Source: an uncultured Nitrososphaerota archaeon (lineage in GTDB: Archaea > Thermoproteota > Nitrososphaeria > Nitrososphaerales > Gagatemarchaeaceae). Taken from it: a stretch of DNA of 64,000 nt. Under the pieces are notes generated by a model. That model was given only the letters and a program-made list of their open reading frames with translations, had not been told where the DNA came from and searched no databases. A program made the translations under genes and the position numbers. This document shows, piece after piece, positions 8,288-19,269 of this stretch (position 1 is the first letter of the stretch; every line of letters starts with the position of its first letter). The stretch is taken from NCBI GenBank assembly GCA_963718895.1, contig CAVRAG010000008.1:160001-224000 (forward strand), read 5' to 3'.

Positions 8288-9567
8288 GCTACGTCGATTT
8301 CACAGGGACGGCGAGAATGAAGCCCGCGACGAGCGGGGAGCTCGATGTCATGCTCGACGAAGGAATCAAGACCTCAAGGGCCAATTTCGCATACAGCCAC
8401 AACGACGGGCCCGTGCGCGGCGCTTCCATGAACATCTCCCAGGGGGACGTCGCCGTCGTGGCCGACCCCGAGACGTTCGTGATCCCGAGCTACACCTCCG
8501 GGGTGGGCCGGTTCCTGGGCGACGTCCATGAGAAGGACGGGACCGTCTCGAAGCTCTGCACGAGGAGCTTCTTTCGGAGGGTTCTGGAGCAGGCAGCTTC
8601 CAAGGGCTACAGGTTCGCTGTCGGCTTCGAGGGCGAGTTCCACCTCGTCAGGCGCGAGGAGGGTAGGGTCGTCAAGGCCGACAACTTCTACACCCACAGC
8701 CAGGAGGGTTTCAACGTGCACCATGTCTTCGTCACGGACCTCGTCGCCGCGCTACGCTCCGTCGAGATCGACACCATCAAGGGGCACGTCGAGGGCGGAC
8801 GAGGTCAGCTCGAGTTCGACATCAGGCACCACGAGGGTATCAAACCGGCGGACGACATCGTATACTTCAAAGACGCTACGAAGGCGATAGCCCGGAAGCA
8901 CGGCTACATCGCCTCATTCATGCCGAAGATTGGCCACGACTGGTGGGGGAACGGGATGCACCTCCACATGAGCCTCGTCAACGCGTCGGGGAAGAACCTC
9001 TTCGACGACCCGAAGGACGGAAGGATGGGACTAAGCCCCACGGCCTACGGGTTCATCGGCGGGATCATCGAGCACCTCCCGGCGCTCTCCGCCATCGCTG
9101 CTCCGATGCCCAACTCCTACAAGCGCATCCTGCCGGGAAAGTGGAACGCCGACGCCGCCGTCTACGGCGCAGGGGCGAGGGGCGCAGCCGTGAGAGTACC
9201 GGACGAGAGGGGAAAAGCTGCGCGCATCGAGTGCCGGTTTCCCGACGGGACGATGAACCCCTACCTGACCCTGGGGTCGATACTCGCCTGCGGGCTGGAC
9301 GGCGTCGAGAGGAAGCTCGACCCCGGGGCGCCGCTCGACGTCGACCTCTCGTTCATGAGCGATCGCGAAATCAGGAAGAAGGGGCTCACGCTCATGCCCC
9401 GCTCGCTCTCCGAGGCCATCTCTGAGCTCTCCAGGGACGACCTCCTCCGCACGACCATGGGCGAAGTGATGTTCGAGGAGTACATCATCAACAAGGAGCA
9501 GGAGGTGGCCCAGATGGCCGACAAGGTCACGCAGTACGAAGTAGACAACATGCTCGACCTGTTCTGA
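8227..9567 (+). CDS. Glutamine synthetase-like gamma-glutamyl-amine ligase
   Basis: FEGEF, EGGRGQLE, FMPK..GNGMHLHMS, NSYKR, RIECRFPD; Trp in place of the ammonia-flap Glu (PGKWNA). Confidence 0.88.
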   Translation: MQRSEIRRAIKDHNLSMLGVSYVDFTGTARMKPATSGELDVMLDEGIKTSRANFAYSHNDGPVRGASMNISQGDVAVVADPETFVIPSYTSGVGRFLGDVHEKDGTVSKLCTRSFFRRVLEQAASKGYRFAVGFEGEFHLVRREEGRVVKADNFYTHSQEGFNVHHVFVTDLVAALRSVEIDTIKGHVEGGRGQLEFDIRHHEGIKPADDIVYFKDATKAIARKHGYIASFMPKIGHDWWGNGMHLHMSLVNASGKNLFDDPKDGRMGLSPTAYGFIGGIIEHLPALSAIAAPMPNSYKRILPGKWNADAAVYGAGARGAAVRVPDERGKAARIECRFPDGTMNPYLTLGSILACGLDGVERKLDPGAPLDVDLSFMSDREIRKKGLTLMPRSLSEAISELSRDDLLRTTMGEVMFEEYIINKEQEVAQMADKVTQYEVDNMLDLF

Positions 9568-9621
9568 GTCGGGGGACCCTCCGGCAAGCCATATTAGCAC
9601 GCCAGCGCCCGGGAAGCCGAT

Positions 9622-10791
9622 TTGAAGCTGGACTTCTCGGCCTACCCGATAATAGACCATCACTGCCACCCGTGGGCGGAGAGCACGAAGGAGATAACGA
9701 AGGAGTCTTTCGTCAACCTCATGAACATGGGGGGCCTCTCGCCGGAAGAGGCGAGAGACCCGGAGAACGTCGTCCACTCCGAGTTCACACCAATGGGCCG
9801 CCAGATAATGCACCTGATGGCGGAGTTCCTTGGGTGCAGCCCGAAGCTCTCGGACATCATCGAGGCGAGGAATCGGAGGGCAGGGAAGAACTACTGGGAG
9901 TACTGCGGAGAGCTCTTCTACGACGCCGGCATCGAGGGACTCTTCGTCGACGACGGCTACTCCGAGGTCTCCGTCGGCAGCGGACTCGCCCGGAACAACC
10001 TCGACGAATTCGAGAAGTCGCTCGCCGTCCCCATGAGGAGGGTCGCCCGCGTAGAGCCGAGGTTCCAGACGGCGGTCGACGAGTCCAGCGGCTTCGAGGA
10101 TTTCTTGGACAGGTTTGACAGATCGCTCGAAGACGCCGCGAAGGGGCAGCACGCTATCGCATTCAAGTCCGTGATCGCCTACAGGAGCGGCCTCCACATC
10201 GAGAAGCCCACCGACGAGGAGGTCAGGAAGGACTACGAGCGATCGAAGGCGACGAGGGCGAGGGACGTCAAGCACATCCGAGACTGGTACGTCAGGCACG
10301 TCATCTCCAGGTGCAGGGAGCTCGGCACGGCATTCCACATACACGCGGGGATGGGCGACATCGACGTGGTCTTCGACAGGTGCAACCCGATGCAACTCTA
10401 CGGGTTGCTGAAGGACCCGGAGACCTGGAAGACCAAGGTCTTCCTTGTCCACGGTGGCTACCCGTTCTCCCAGGAGGCGGCCTTCTACGCGAACGCGCTG
10501 AAGAACGTCTACGTCGACCTCTCCGAGATGATACCCTTCGCAAGCGTCCCGGGCGCCATCGAGAAGACCACACAGATCCTCGACATGGCTCCGCCTGCGA
10601 GAGTCGTCTTCGGCTCGGACGGCGTCGTCATCCCTGAGATACACTGGGCCGGCGCCAAGATCGGGAGGCGCGTCCTGGAGGAGTCTCTGGCGACTTTCGT
10701 GAGGACCGGCGTCTACGACGAGGACGAGGCGCACCAGGCCGCTAAGCTCATCCTCGCCGAGAACTCGAGGCGCGTCTACAGGCCCTGGTGA
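9622..10791 (+). CDS. Amidohydrolase resembling the FluG N-terminal domain
   Basis: IIDHHCHP, FKSVIAYRSGL, HIHAGMGD, LVHGGYP, VVFGSDG. Confidence 0.88.
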   Translation: MKLDFSAYPIIDHHCHPWAESTKEITKESFVNLMNMGGLSPEEARDPENVVHSEFTPMGRQIMHLMAEFLGCSPKLSDIIEARNRRAGKNYWEYCGELFYDAGIEGLFVDDGYSEVSVGSGLARNNLDEFEKSLAVPMRRVARVEPRFQTAVDESSGFEDFLDRFDRSLEDAAKGQHAIAFKSVIAYRSGLHIEKPTDEEVRKDYERSKATRARDVKHIRDWYVRHVISRCRELGTAFHIHAGMGDIDVVFDRCNPMQLYGLLKDPETWKTKVFLVHGGYPFSQEAAFYANALKNVYVDLSEMIPFASVPGAIEKTTQILDMAPPARVVFGSDGVVIPEIHWAGAKIGRRVLEESLATFVRTGVYDEDEAHQAAKLILAENSRRVYRPW

Positions 10792-10795
10792 AGCC

Positions 10796-12136
10796 TCACA
10801 TCCCCGTAAAGCCGCGGACCGCGGAGTCGGGGATCCGGCCCTTCTCGACGTCGCCGATGGCGCGCTCGAGGATCTCTGAACCGGCGTCCAGCTCCTCCTG
10901 GGTTATGACGAGAGGAGGCGTCAGCTCCATCACGTTCCCGTCGTCACCGACGAAGACCGTGATGAGCCCGAGCTCCCAGGCCCGGTAGACTATCTTGGCC
11001 GTCTCCCTCCGCGCGGGGGTCTTCTTCTTGCGGTCCTTGACGAACTCGATTCCGAGGAGGAGCCCTTCGCCTCTGACGTCGCCGATGAGCGGGTGGTCCC
11101 TCATCATCTCCACAAGCCTCTTCTTGAACGACCTTCCGATCCTCGCAGCCCTCTCTGCGAGCCGGTCTCTTTCGATGATGTCGATGGTGGCCATGCCCGC
11201 AGCGGCTCCGATGGCGTTCCCCACGAGGGTGGAGTATGCGAACCCTTTCGGGAAGAGGTCCTCCCTGGCTGCCAGCGCGCCGACAGGCATCCCGGATGCT
11301 ATCGACTTTCCAAGGGCAACGGCATCCGGGACGGTCCTGGTGTGGTCCACGCCGAACATCTTCCCCGTCCTTCCGAACCCGATCTTCACCTCGTCGGCGA
11401 CGAGCGCTATGCCGAACTTGTCCGCCGTCCTCCTGAGCAACGGGAGATACTCCTTCGGGGGTATGACGTCCCCGGAGTCGCTCTGCATCGCCTCGACCAT
11501 CATGAACGCGGTATCCTCGGGCGGGCAGACGTGCTTGAAGAGCTGCTCCTCGATGAAGCCGCTTGCGCAGTAGACCCCGCAGCTCGGGTACTCGAGGCCA
11601 TACGGGCACCTGTAGCAGTAGGCGTAGGGGACCTTGGAGACCATGCTGGGGACGCGGTATCTGGCCGTGGACATGATCCCGCCCATCGCCAATCCCGCGA
11701 GGTCAATCCCGTGCATCCCGCCGAAGAACGTGACCGATCTCTCGCGCTTCGTGGCGACTGGGAACAGCTTGTAGGCTGCGGCGCAGGCGTCTGTCCCCGA
11801 ATGGCCGAACCAGACGCGCTTGTCGAAGCGACCCGGCGTCATCGCGATGAGCCGCTCGGCGAACCTAATCGTGGTCTCGCTCGGGAAGGTCCCCCCGGGA
11901 AGACCGGCGGAGAGAGCGACCTCCTGCTTCACTGCCTCGACCACCTCGGGGTTGGAAAACCCGACCCCAGCGACCGTCCAACCGGCGTTGAAATCGATGT
12001 AGTCTCTCCCTTCGATGTCGGTCACGGTGCAGCCGTGCGCCTCCTTCACTATGAGGGGATAGAACATCACCCTGGTCGGGGCCGCGACCGACCTGTCCAG
12101 CCGCGCGAGCGCCTTCTCCGCCCTGGTCGCTTTCAC
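10796..12136 (-). CDS. Class III PLP aminotransferase (GabT/PuuE-like)
   Basis: VADEVKIGFGRTGKMF, LGKSIASGMP, GDVRGEGL. Confidence 0.92.
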   Translation of the reverse strand: MKATRAEKALARLDRSVAAPTRVMFYPLIVKEAHGCTVTDIEGRDYIDFNAGWTVAGVGFSNPEVVEAVKQEVALSAGLPGGTFPSETTIRFAERLIAMTPGRFDKRVWFGHSGTDACAAAYKLFPVATKRERSVTFFGGMHGIDLAGLAMGGIMSTARYRVPSMVSKVPYAYCYRCPYGLEYPSCGVYCASGFIEEQLFKHVCPPEDTAFMMVEAMQSDSGDVIPPKEYLPLLRRTADKFGIALVADEVKIGFGRTGKMFGVDHTRTVPDAVALGKSIASGMPVGALAAREDLFPKGFAYSTLVGNAIGAAAGMATIDIIERDRLAERAARIGRSFKKRLVEMMRDHPLIGDVRGEGLLLGIEFVKDRKKKTPARRETAKIVYRAWELGLITVFVGDDGNVMELTPPLVITQEELDAGSEILERAIGDVEKGRIPDSAVRGFTGM

Positions 12137-12172
12137 GGCCTCGGCCGAGCGCGCCGCAAATAGATAAGGTTC

Positions 12173-13802
12173 TCAGTAGGTGGCCACGGACCCCTGCCTT
12201 CTGGCGTCAGCCGCGCCCCTCAGCTCACCTCGTCTCCCGACGAGGACGGCGTGAACACCCCCGAAGTACACATCATAGCCGGGTTTCAGTTGTACGTAGT
12301 TCGGCGTCTCCGACTCGAAGCCCATCTGCCTGAGGCGCCTCCTTACCACCACCCCTATCCTGCTCTCCATGCGTATCGCGCCTGTGCCCTGGTAGTGCAT
12401 CCGGGGCGCGTCCACGGCCTCCTGGATGTCGAGGGAGTGGTCCACCACGTTCAGTATCGTCTGGAGGGTCGCCGTCACTATCCGAGGCCCACCGGCGCTC
12501 CCTGCGACGACGTACGGCTCGCCCTCTCGCAGGAGGAGGGTCGGCGCCATGTTGCTCAGGGGCCGCTTCCCCGGCGCGATCGAGTTCGCAGCGCCCGGAC
12601 TCGGGTTGAAGTCATGCATGGTGTCGTTGAGACAGAACCCGGTCCCAGGAGGCGTCACTCCCGACCCGAAGTAGCACTCAATCGATTCGGTGATCGCGGC
12701 GACGTTCCCTTCCCCGTCGACCGCGCTGAGGTGGGTCGTCTGGCTTCCGGCGCCTCTTCCTAGCCGATCCTCCCCTTTCCCCCCGTCCGAACCACAGCTT
12801 TGCCGCGTAGTCCTTCGACGAGAGGGCGGCAACGTCGGAGGTCGAGAAGCCCGGGTCTGACACATCCCTCTTGAGAGAGGGCCATATCACAGAGATCGCC
12901 TTCGCCATCGCGGCTATCGTCTCTGCGGTGTTCAGGCCGGTCCCCGAGATGTCCATGTTCTCCAGGATGTTGAGCAGCTGGACGATCGCCAACCCGCCCA
13001 TGCTCGGCGGCGGCATCGTGCACACATCGAAGCCCCTGTAGCTGCCCGTGACCGGGCGCCTGACCTTCACCTCGTATCGTGCAAGATCGGACTCGTCGAA
13101 CAGGCCACCGTTCTTCGACATATCCCGGACGACCGCCCTGGCGAGCGAGCCTTGGTAGAACGCGTCTTTGCCCTCGCGGCCTATCAGTTCCAGAGAGTTT
13201 GCCAGGTCTGCGCTCACCTTCCGCTCGCCCGTCCTGTAGGTCCGGCCCTGGCTCAGCCAGTTCCTCCCGGTCTCAGGGAACCTCCTGAGCTTGAGCGCCG
13301 CGTTGTCAACGTTGTTCGACATGATGTATCCGAGCAGGCGGCTCACTGCAAAGCCCCTCCTCGCGTATTCGATGGCTGGCGACGCGACGTCTCTGAACTT
13401 CAGTCGGCCGTAGTTCTCGAGCGCGAAGGTGAGTCCGGCCACCGTGCCGGGCACGCCAGCGGCCCTGTACCCCAGGCTGTTGGCGAACCCCTCGGGCTCT
13501 CCCTCTGCGTCCAGGACGAACATGTCCGGCCTTGCGGCTCGCGGTGCGACCTCGCGATAGTCAACGTAGAAGGCCTCTTCGTCCTTGAGTCGCACCAGGA
13601 GGAAGCCTCCGCCCCCTATCCCCGAGAACGCAGGTGCGACGACCCCGAGCGCCAGGCTGGTCGCGACGGCTGCGTCGACGGCGTTGCCTCCGGCCTTCAT
13701 CGCATTGACACCCGCCGCCGAGGCGAGCGGATGCGCTGAGGAGACGACGCCTCTTGTTCCCTTCGCGGAGGACCTCACACATCGCCGCGGCACGGGCCGC
13801 AT
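12173..13802 (-). CDS. ggt: Gamma-glutamyltransferase (one frameshift near 12780)
   Basis: GGNAVDAAVA, SGIGGGGF and MPPPSMGG in one frame; TTHLSAVD, NDTMHDF, PGKRPLSNMAP and AADARR in another. Confidence 0.92.
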
Positions 13803-13964
13803 TAAAAAATATGCGGCGGGAACCGGGACTGCGACGTTGACCCGTCCACTTTGCTGAAGCGCAGCCTAACACTTGCACAGTTGGGCGATAACCGCCTTTT
13901 CGAAACGACGCTCATGCGGGGGCAATACGTTCATATATCGCGCCGCGGATGTATTGCCGATAAG

Positions 13965-15581
13965 TTGCAGAATCCGACGAAGTATTTTGCAAGAGATGCG
14001 ACCGGGCTCGTGAGGGAGTTCGGTGCACTAGACACACTTCTCTTCGCTTCGGTGATGGTCTTCGCGCTTGTCTTCACGACGACGCAGTTCGCGTGGTTCT
14101 ACGGCAACACTCTGGGCGCGAACCTAACGCTCACGCTGCTTGTCGCGGCGATACCGTTCGTCTTCCTCATGCTCGCATACTGGGCCATCGGGATCACCAT
14201 GCCGAGGTCGGGCAACGACTACATCTGGATAGGACGAATCTTCCACCCCTCCATTGGTTTCGCCTGGGCCCTTTTCTACATGGTAATCGTCTTCATAGTC
14301 GCCTACGTAGGCGAGGTCAGCCCGTTCGCATACGCAATCTCTGCGTCGCTGACGATCCTCGGTCTGCAGTCTAGCTCATCAAGTCTGACCAACCTGGGTA
14401 CATTCCTCGGCGGCTCTCTCGGCACGCTCGAGCTGGCGAGCCTGTTCACTATAATCTTCGGGGTCTTTGCCCTCTTCGGGACGCGTCTGATCAAGGGCAT
14501 CCTCTATGTCACCTGGCTCGCGGCGATCATAGGGATTGGGCTCATGTGGTACATCCTAGGCTCGACCAGCACCTCGACGTTCATCAGCAACTGGAACGCG
14601 TTCCTCTCCAACACATGCTCGAGCTGCTCCTATCAGGCGCTCCAGACCGCCGGCTCGGCGGGCATGCCAGCCCTCTCAACGGGCTTCGGGGGCGTGATTC
14701 TTGCCCTGCCGCTCGCGTTCCTGTTTCTCTTCGGTGGGAACTACGCCAACGGCTTCGCCGGCGAGATCAAGAACGTCAAGAAGGCCATACCCATAGCGCT
14801 CTTCCTCTCACTCATCTTCGGCATCCTCTACTGGTCGGTCACTTCGACCCTCACGCTCAACACCGTGGGCAGCACCTGGATGACCATCATAGGACACGCC
14901 TGGGATGGCAGCGGCGTTAGCAGCACCGCCTATCCGCTGGCGTACGCCCCATCCCAGCCCCTGCTCCTTGCGGTCGCGGCCTATCCCAACAACGCGCTCA
15001 TCACGGTGATGTTCATCACCTACATCCTCGGCTCCATAGGGGCGCTTTTCACCTACTTCTGGATACCCAGCAAGTACTTCTTCGCGTGGTCATTCGACAG
15101 GGTGCTCCCTACCAAGTTCGCGGACATCAGCCACCGATTCCACACAGCATACCTCTCAGTCCTCGTGATAGTCATCTTGGGCATCGTCCTCTCCTACGTG
15201 TACGCCTATCTGGGATACTCGGTCTACTTCACCATGGGGAGCGTGCTCTGGGGCGCTGCCTACGTGGTACCGGGACTCGCCCTCGCGGCGTTCCCGTTCC
15301 TCAAGAAGGACCTCTTCGCCCAGGCCCCAGGCTGGGTGGCGAAGAAGGTCGCAGGAATCCCCATCGTGACCATCATAGGCATTATCGTGACGGTCGGGTT
15401 CGCCTACGTCGCGGGTGTCGCCTACAACAACCCCGCAATCGGAACGGCCGACGCTTTCAGCGAAGAACTGGCGGTGGGGCTGATAGTGGCAGGCTTCGCG
15501 ATCTACTTCTTGAGCGCGTTCTACCACAAGGGCAAGGGGATGGACCTCGGCATGGCGCTTAAGGAAATCCCGCCAGAGTAG
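13965..15581 (+). CDS. APC-family amino acid/amine permease
   Basis: FARDATGLVRE, MPRSGNDY, AGEIKN, FAWSFDRVLP, many transmembrane segments; probable TTG start at 13965. Confidence 0.9.
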   Translation: MQNPTKYFARDATGLVREFGALDTLLFASVMVFALVFTTTQFAWFYGNTLGANLTLTLLVAAIPFVFLMLAYWAIGITMPRSGNDYIWIGRIFHPSIGFAWALFYMVIVFIVAYVGEVSPFAYAISASLTILGLQSSSSSLTNLGTFLGGSLGTLELASLFTIIFGVFALFGTRLIKGILYVTWLAAIIGIGLMWYILGSTSTSTFISNWNAFLSNTCSSCSYQALQTAGSAGMPALSTGFGGVILALPLAFLFLFGGNYANGFAGEIKNVKKAIPIALFLSLIFGILYWSVTSTLTLNTVGSTWMTIIGHAWDGSGVSSTAYPLAYAPSQPLLLAVAAYPNNALITVMFITYILGSIGALFTYFWIPSKYFFAWSFDRVLPTKFADISHRFHTAYLSVLVIVILGIVLSYVYAYLGYSVYFTMGSVLWGAAYVVPGLALAAFPFLKKDLFAQAPGWVAKKVAGIPIVTIIGIIVTVGFAYVAGVAYNNPAIGTADAFSEELAVGLIVAGFAIYFLSAFYHKGKGMDLGMALKEIPPE

Positions 15582-15603
15582 AAGACCAGAGACCCCTGTG
15601 AGC

Positions 15604-16269
15604 TCACATCAGTAGCGCCACGGGGCGCGTTATCCCGGCCGTCCCGCCGGCGAGCGCGATCGGCGTCCCGACGAAGAGAAAGTCTTTGCCGACGAGCTTG
15701 TCCAGGTTGTTAAGGTTCTCGAAGATAACGACGTCCTTCGGTAGCAGCGTCTTGTGGGCCTCGAAGGGAGCATGGTCCGGCCCCGGCGCGTCAATCCCCA
15801 CCGCCTCGACCCCGAGGGCAGTGAGGTACTCCGCTGCTTCCCTCGTGATGTCAGGATGCTCCATCCAGTCGGGCGTGGTGTTCTTCGAAGTGTAGTCCAA
15901 GTGGAACAGCACGATCCAGCCCTTGCCTACCTCGCCTGCGTGCCCCGAAGCCTTGATTGCCTTCTCGACGTCGACCTTCCTGATCTGGAACCGCCTTGGT
16001 TTTTTGGAGAAGTCGAGGACGACCCCGTGGCCAACGTAGTGCGAGAGCGGCATCTTGTCGACCGGCGTTCCTCCCGCCACCATGTGCACCGGCGCGTCGA
16101 CGTGTGTCGAGACGTGCTCCACAAAGGACCAGACGTATGACTCGTACCCGTTGTCCCTTATAGTGGTGAAGGTCGTCCGAAGGGGCTGTGGGTATCCCGG
16201 GTAGACAGGGGTGTTCATGCTCGTCATCGGTACCGCGAGATCGATTATCTTCTTGAACGGAAGACTCAA
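15604..16269 (-). CDS. Cyclase family protein (kynurenine formamidase KynB-like)
   Basis: HVSTHVDAPVH metal motif, GIDAPGPD, IFENLNNL; TTG start at 16269. Confidence 0.88.
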   Translation of the reverse strand: MSLPFKKIIDLAVPMTSMNTPVYPGYPQPLRTTFTTIRDNGYESYVWSFVEHVSTHVDAPVHMVAGGTPVDKMPLSHYVGHGVVLDFSKKPRRFQIRKVDVEKAIKASGHAGEVGKGWIVLFHLDYTSKNTTPDWMEHPDITREAAEYLTALGVEAVGIDAPGPDHAPFEAHKTLLPKDVVIFENLNNLDKLVGKDFLFVGTPIALAGGTAGITRPVALLM

Positions 16270-16349
16270 GGTCGTTCTCCCCCTCGAGGACGGACCGGCT
16301 CGTAAAAACCTTTCCAGAGTCGTCAGGTCCGTAGGCCGTTCCAGGGACC

Positions 16350-17168
16350 TCAGATCCGGATGTATCGACCAGAGGGGTCCCTCTGGAGCAGTCCGAACTC
16401 GTCGAGGCAGTCCTTCAAGGCATCGGAGTCGAGGACGGCCCCATCCCGGCACAGCAGGTTCTTCCCGAACGAGCAGGACCCGCAGATTCCGATGCCGCAC
16501 TTCATGCCCCTCTCGAGGCTCGCCTCGAAGTCGACTCCAGCCCTGACCGAGATGTCGTAGAGCTTCCTCATCATGACCTCCGGACCGCAGGTGTAGACCC
16601 TCGAGACCTTCCTCTCCGCTATCAGGCCCTCGGCGAGGTCGGTCGCAAAACCCGCGTGCCCGTAGGACCCGTCGTCGGTCGTGAGGTGAACGTTCTTCTT
16701 CCTGACCACCCTCTGCATCTGCCTCTCGAAGAGCAGGTCCGCCTTGGTCCTGCCTCCTATGACCACGGCCACCTTGCTCCCGGCCCTCACCAGCGCCCTG
16801 GCCAGGGGGAGCATCGGAGCGAGCCCTGTCCCGCCCCCCACGAGAAGGGCGCTGCACCTCTCCACGGTGAAGGGGCGCCCGTAGGGCCCCCTGATTCCGA
16901 TGAGGTCTCCGCGCTTCGCCCGCACGAGCTCGTTGGACCCCGGACCCCACGGTTTTACCGTCACCGAGCAGACCCCCTGCTCGTCGTAGTCCGAGAGGCT
17001 CATCGGGAACTCGTCGTACCCGGGCTCCCAGACCATGACGAACTGGCCGGGCTTCGCGGACGAGCATCCTTCGTCCTTGAAGTAGACGCTGGTTATGCTG
17101 CGGTTCTCCCTCACGTTCCTGATGACCCGCCTGACGCGCGTCCTCTCAGAACCTATGTCCAAGTCCAA
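16350..17168 (-). CDS. pyrK: Dihydroorotate dehydrogenase electron transfer subunit
   Basis: PGQFVMVW, RGPYG, GGGTGLAP, CGPEVM, MKCGIGICGSC. Confidence 0.93.
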   Translation of the reverse strand: MDLDIGSERTRVRRVIRNVRENRSITSVYFKDEGCSSAKPGQFVMVWEPGYDEFPMSLSDYDEQGVCSVTVKPWGPGSNELVRAKRGDLIGIRGPYGRPFTVERCSALLVGGGTGLAPMLPLARALVRAGSKVAVVIGGRTKADLLFERQMQRVVRKKNVHLTTDDGSYGHAGFATDLAEGLIAERKVSRVYTCGPEVMMRKLYDISVRAGVDFEASLERGMKCGIGICGSCSFGKNLLCRDGAVLDSDALKDCLDEFGLLQRDPSGRYIRI

Positions 17169-18059
17169 CCATCTCCTGCACCTTCCTGTACCCCTTGCGT
17201 TTCATGTACTGCTCGATCCCCCGGTTGACCTTGTGGAAGACGCCGTATCCCTCGTAGAGCGCGGTCCCCACCTCGACGGCGCCGGCGCCAGCGAGGATGA
17301 GTTCGACCGCATGCTCCCAGGTCGAGACCCCGCCGCAGCCTATGATCGGTACCTTGAGGTTCTCGAACAGCTCGTATATCCGCGCGACCGCTATCGGCCT
17401 GATGCCGGCTCCCGAGAGGCCGCCGTACTTGTGGGCGAGCGTCGGTCTCCCGGTCTCGACCTCGATGGCCATCGCCGCCATCGTGTTGATGGCCGTGATC
17501 CCGTCGGCCCCGGAGTCCACAGCCGCCCGGGCGACCTCGAGCGTCCTGTGGGTGTTCGCCGACAGCTTGGCGAAGACGGGCTTCTGGGTCCTTGAGCGGA
17601 CCGCCTTCACGACCGTGGCGACGACCTCGGGGTCGTGGCCGATCTCGGTCCCCACGCCTTCGACGTGCGGGCAGCTCAGGTTGAGCTCGTACGCCAGGAA
17701 CTCGTTGCCGTCAAGTATCTCCACGACGCGCCCGAACTCCACGGGCCCTCCCCCAAATATCGAGACGACCAGGGGAAGGCGACGCCCCCTGACCGAAGAG
17801 AGCTCTTCCGAGAAGGCGCGGGCTCCAGGGTTGGCGAGGCCCACGGCGTTCAGGAGGCCGCTGTCGGTTGCCACCAGCGTGGGGTTCCTGTACCCCTCCC
17901 TGGGCTCGAGCCCTATGGACTTTGAGACCGCGCCCCCGCGCCGGATTCGACGGCGCGGGTGAGGGTCTTCACCGTGACCCCGGCTATCCCAGATGCGAGC
18001 ATCAGCGGGTTCTCGAACCTGATCCCCGCGAAAGAGACCCGCAGCGATGTGCCGACCAA
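17146..18059 (-). CDS. pyrD: Dihydroorotate dehydrogenase B catalytic subunit (frameshift near 17930)
   Basis: FENPLMLASG in one frame; NAVGLANPG, ELNLSCPH, AINT and GGLSG in the next. Confidence 0.93.
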
Positions 18060-18129
18060 CGGGCGATACGCCGAATCGCTACCAAGATAACCTTTAAGCC
18101 GATGGCGCGACGCCAAGGGACGTAGCGCC

Positions 18130-19269
18130 TTGTCCGACGATCCAGTCTTGTTCGAGACCGAGGCCGGTCTCGTGCTCATGCAGGGGACGAAGGTCCTCGC
18201 CACGGAAAGGAGGAGCCAGGTCCGAGCCCAGGGTATCGCGAAGATCGGAGAGAGAGCGAGGGCCGAGGGGATGGAATCGATACAGGCGATGGACGCCGAG
18301 GCTTCGCAGGAACTCAGGAAGCTCGGGTTCAGCGTGACCATTCTGACAGAACCCGAGCTCAACGAGCTCAACAGCCGGAAGATCGCGATCATCGTGGCGG
18401 CGGGGCTAGCGCCCGGAGAGCAGGAAGCCCTCGACCTCGTCAGGCAGGGAGCCCTGGAGGCGGCCGAGCGGAAGATCAGCACCGAATCCTCGCGGGAGGA
18501 CCTGCAGCTCGTCCACGGAATCCAGGCGCTCGACGAGCTCGACCGGTTCCTCAACATCACCTCCGAGCGCGTCGCGGAGTGGTACAGCCTGCACTTTCCG
18601 GAGCTCCAGCAGATGATAGGCGACAACGTCGCCCTCTGCAAGGTCATCGTCGAGAACGGGTCGAGGAGCCAGTTCACGGAGGCGAAGCTGGAGGGGAAGG
18701 GCTTCAGCGACAAGAAGATCGAGGCAATCATCACCGCGGCCGAGAGGTCGAAGGGCGGCACCGTCACGGAGAGGGACATGGGGCGGATCGTCGGGCTCGC
18801 GAACGTCGCGCTCGCGGTCTCAGGGGACAGGGACAAGCTCGCCGAGTACGTCGAGTCGACGATGAAGCGGATCGCCCCGAATACCACAAGCGTCGCCGGC
18901 GCCACGATAGGGGCCCGGCTCATCGCAAAGGCGGGGGGTCTGGACAGGCTGGCGAGGCTGCCGGCGAGCACCATCCAGGTCCTCGGCGCCGAGAAGGCCC
19001 TCTTCAGGGCGCTCAGGACGGGCGCGAGGCCTCCGAAGCACGGGATACTCTTCCAGCACGACGCGGTGCACAGCGCGCCGAAGTGGCAGCGGGGAAAGAT
19101 AGCGAGGGCGCTCGCGAACAAGATCGCCATAGCGGCGAGGATAGACTTCTACAGGGGCGAGAAGGAGGAGGCGCTCACCGGTACGCTCGAGAAGAGGCTG
19201 GACGAGATCAGGGTAAAGTATAAGGAGCCAAGGGAGACCGTCGAGCCGAAAAGATCGTTACAGAGATGA
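18130..19269 (+). CDS. nop5: Box C/D sRNP protein Nop5 (Nop56/58)
   Basis: EWYSLHFPEL, IAPN, PASTIQVLGAEKALF, PPKHG. Confidence 0.95.
   Translation: MSDDPVLFETEAGLVLMQGTKVLATERRSQVRAQGIAKIGERARAEGMESIQAMDAEASQELRKLGFSVTILTEPELNELNSRKIAIIVAAGLAPGEQEALDLVRQGALEAAERKISTESSREDLQLVHGIQALDELDRFLNITSERVAEWYSLHFPELQQMIGDNVALCKVIVENGSRSQFTEAKLEGKGFSDKKIEAIITAAERSKGGTVTERDMGRIVGLANVALAVSGDRDKLAEYVESTMKRIAPNTTSVAGATIGARLIAKAGGLDRLARLPASTIQVLGAEKALFRALRTGARPPKHGILFQHDAVHSAPKWQRGKIARALANKIAIAARIDFYRGEKEEALTGTLEKRLDEIRVKYKEPRETVEPKRSLQR

Noticed and set aside
9031-10734. Long antisense ORFs (for example 9031-10734, 17913-19130, 27664-28857) and long upstream extensions of trm1, pyrG and the cyclase
   Set aside because: Shadow ORFs expected from high-GC codon bias opposite or upstream of recognisable genes; no motifs of their own.
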